DNA of 64,000 nucleotides from Pristiophorus japonicus (taxonomy: Eukaryota), in the NCBI RefSeq assembly GCF_044704955.1, contig NC_091979.1:276148001-276212000 (forward strand), in the 5' to 3' direction. Position 1 is the stretch's first letter, and each line of letters opens with the position of its first letter. The translations under genes were made by a program, and so were the position numbers. Positions 61,119 to 64,000 of the stretch are shown piece after piece. The notes beneath the pieces are model-generated. The model saw nothing but the letters and a program-made list of their open reading frames with translations. It had not been told where the DNA came from and did not search any database.

Positions 61119-63409
61119 CTACAAAAGATAACAAAGGAAACAATCAGGGCACCACTGCCTTCTAGCAAGATGCTTCACTGTTGGTCAGGCAAGACTGGAC
61201 ACTTATAGAAACAAAGTTAAATAGTTTCAGAAGAAACAAGACATTAACGAATAAACCCTTGGCCTACATCTGCATGGATGCATGTATGTATGTTTCAATA
61301 TGTACTTACATATATAAATGTTATGTGTGCACACTCCTGGTTATTACATATGGAATAAAATGGATGGCCATAAGCCAAGACACTAATTCCTACAACTCAG
61401 ATAGTTCTTCTAATAGATCAGTGGCTAAATGCATAGTGCAGTAGTGAATCACAGAGACCAGTTGTGTCCTGGAAATTACTTTGATCTATGGCGATAGTCG
61501 ATCTTAACTGGGATGTTAGACGTTTCTTCTAAGATGCGTACGATTCCAGAAGGCACCGCACATTGAAATAAACAGGCAACTCACAAATTCATCACTTGAT
61601 AACTGCTTTAAATGTAAACTGCCCATGGACAAAAAAAGTAGTGTTCAGAGGAGTTTGTAGCTTGCCCAATACAAAGAAAAGTTATAGGGAACATTGGTGC
61701 TTGATGTAGTATAAACAGCCTAAGTGTCCCCCATTGTTCTTCTGGTCCTAACTATTCCTTCTAAAATCAAGCCTAAATAAGTCTCTTATAGTTCTCCTCC
61801 TTAAGACTATCACCATAACATCTCGTCTTATTTAATATGATCTTTTGACATTATTGTTGGCTGCCTCAGGTTACTATTATTTTTCAATACTGCTATTCAG
61901 CTTTATCTAATAGGATGTTGACCTATGTTCTCTTTTTTTGTGACATGGCGTATAAGCAGTTTTTATCTACAATAATCTTTTAACACAAGTTCATATGAAT
62001 GTGAATTATTACAAAGAGCTGAAACACAGAAACTAGTCAATTTTAAGACAGAGCCCAACATTTCTGTCTTTGCTAATCTTAGCAAAAATTGAAATGGAAA
62101 TAAAAAATAATGTAATCTTGGTAAAAAGTGCCAACAGCCTGTTTATCTAGGTTTACCAGAGCTCCAAAGATTACTGCAAAAATGGAGTTTAAAGAAAAAC
62201 GCGAAAAGCACAGAGGGCACCGGATACACACAAGCATGCAACAAGTCGGCTACCTGGGCATAATATTAGAGTAGTACATGAGGAAGTTGTGACTGAGGTA
62301 TGTTTACCAGCTGGCCCACAAAGACCGTAGGGACAGTCAACCATCTACTAGTAAAGCTCATTCTGCCCTCAACTTTTATGCCACAGAGACCTAGAGACCT
62401 TCTTTACATTTATCCTCTTATAAGTCACACAACTTCTTTCAGACCTCCAACTAGTTCTTGTAGTTGCGACCAAGTTCGTAGTTTGAATAACAATGCCAAC
62501 TCCATTGCAGTATAAAGAGGCCATCCTCCCCCATTGTCTGTATTTCTCAGTGGAGGTTACCTGCACATGCTCTGCTAAATCTGACTTTTCAACGACGGTT
62601 GTGCCATTTTCTCACAAAAATCAGCTGGATTAACAAACTTGGACATTCATACTAGTTAAGAGGCTCATTTGCTACTTTAGAGACATTAAAAGACCATTAC
62701 CACAGAAACATCATGATTATTTGCTGGCTGCTATCTGTGTTACTGCTAACAGAAATAAAATCACATGTTTCTAAGCTATGCATTCCTGTTAGTTAGAATT
62801 TTTAAAAAAACATTACTCACATTAAAAATAACCTTTTAAAATAAGCAGGCCCGAAGGTAGCAACTATAGTATATTGTAGACAATGTGCAAGATCCAAGTA
62901 AAAATATCTCCAAATGTGCTTTCGCCTTTATGTTTCGATAAATGGAAAGTATTACTATATTTAGTTAAAAACTGAAAGGATTTCCAGAAAAAAAGATGTT
63001 ACTTTATCATTACTGATTAACATTTTGTAAACACGTGTTCACATTATCTGGATGTTGGCACGGTAATAACAAGCCACAACACATGTATTGTTTCCCTTTG
63101 CCAAAGCTGCTCTTTGAATGACAGTCTTATCATTAAGGTCAGGTCAGCAGAAAGCTCTGTGTTCGAGTTATGCCCAACGTTAGTACAAATTAAAAGCCTG
63201 TTTGAAGGTTTACAGGCTGTCTTTTACTGGCGAGGGCAACCGTGCCTCATTGCCCACTCAAGTATAGACAAACCTGTTATAATATTGGCGCCTTTTTCAA
63301 AACATAGCTGGGCAGCATGCAGCAGGATACTCATTTAAAGCCCCCCAAAAAGTGTACTCAATAAACGTTTATTTTCATCGCATGTTCCCGTTAGCTTGGT
63401 TGTTCTTAC

Positions 63410-63700
63410 CTGACTGCTCTTGCCGATCCTGGCGTTTCCAGATAGGATGATAAAGTGATTGCTTACTAAACTCTCCATGAAGGCGGCCTTGGCTTCCCAC
63501 ACCGGTAGCTGTTTCCTTTCTTGTAGGAGTTTGTAATAGCGAGAAGAATAAGGCAGTCCATCGAAGGGATTCAGCTCCAGGTCTGCATCACAGAGTAAAA
63601 CCTCATCGCCACTGTCAGACCCGAACTCTTCCGGGAAAGTTGGCGTGTGGCTGAGCGCTACGCTGTCCCGGCTTGCTGTGTGCAGTTGAAGAGCAGCCAT
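63410..63700 (-). CDS. DHX32: DEAH-box helicase 32 coding exon 1 (MAALQLH...LELNPFDGLPYSSRYYKLLQERKQLPVWE...SGNARIGKSSQ)
   Basis: LELNPFDGLPYSSRYYKLL is characteristic of DHX32; Kozak gctgccATGG; GTAAGA donor. Confidence 0.93.
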
Positions 63701-64000
63701 GGCAGCGACAGGGTGCAGAAAGAGAGCGAAGTCGGCAGTGCGGGGATCCAAGCTACTCGAATTTGTTCCGTTAGTACCTGCTCCTGTACCGAGGTAAAGA
63801 TCCACACCAACACTTCCTGCTACAATTCACAGCCACTTCGCACTCTCCCCATCGTCTATTTTCACAGCGATCATCTGCAAACGAAATGTAATGTCTATTG
63901 AAGATCAACTATTTACAGCTTTTGGAGTAAATTTACTCCTGCCATCATTTTTTTTTAGTTTAAAGCTGCTGGATTCTTCCTCCCTATCCCAGCCCACGTG

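Noticed and set aside
63701-63805. N-terminal extension of DHX32 in the ORF track
   Set aside because: It starts at GTG, whereas the ATG at 63700 has an optimal Kozak context and gives a normal protein length.

Overview
Vertebrate genomic DNA, not prokaryotic; the repeat content (CR1 LINEs, Deu-domain SINEs, RTE and Vingi LINEs) points to a cartilaginous fish (inference). It holds the conserved UROS-BCCIP-DHX32 block. UROS (minus) has 7 coding exons in the window plus a probable non-coding exon 1, and its last exons run off the left edge. BCCIP (plus) is complete: 7 exons, 297 aa, beta-type C-terminus, one GC-AG intron. DHX32 (minus) is complete: 11 coding exons, 761 aa. UROS and BCCIP share a bidirectional CpG-rich promoter, and BCCIP and DHX32 converge with adjacent poly(A) signals. 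All exon boundaries were read from the sequence and keep frame across junctions; protein identities rest on recalled human orthologues. Introns are filled with mobile DNA: many CR1 fragments including a three-tier RTE>CR1>CR1 nest, a decayed Gypsy LTR element, pogo/Tigger and Harbinger MITEs that carry minisatellites, a ~7 kb satellite with a 777-bp higher-order repeat ending next to the UROS exon 1 donor, and a Penelope-type hammerhead relic. I found no convincingly novel protein-coding system. The best leads are non-coding: the 5'-splice-site-rich satellite, minisatellite-loaded MITEs sharing a CCGACCTC core, and a CCAAT-box cluster in BCCIP intron 1.
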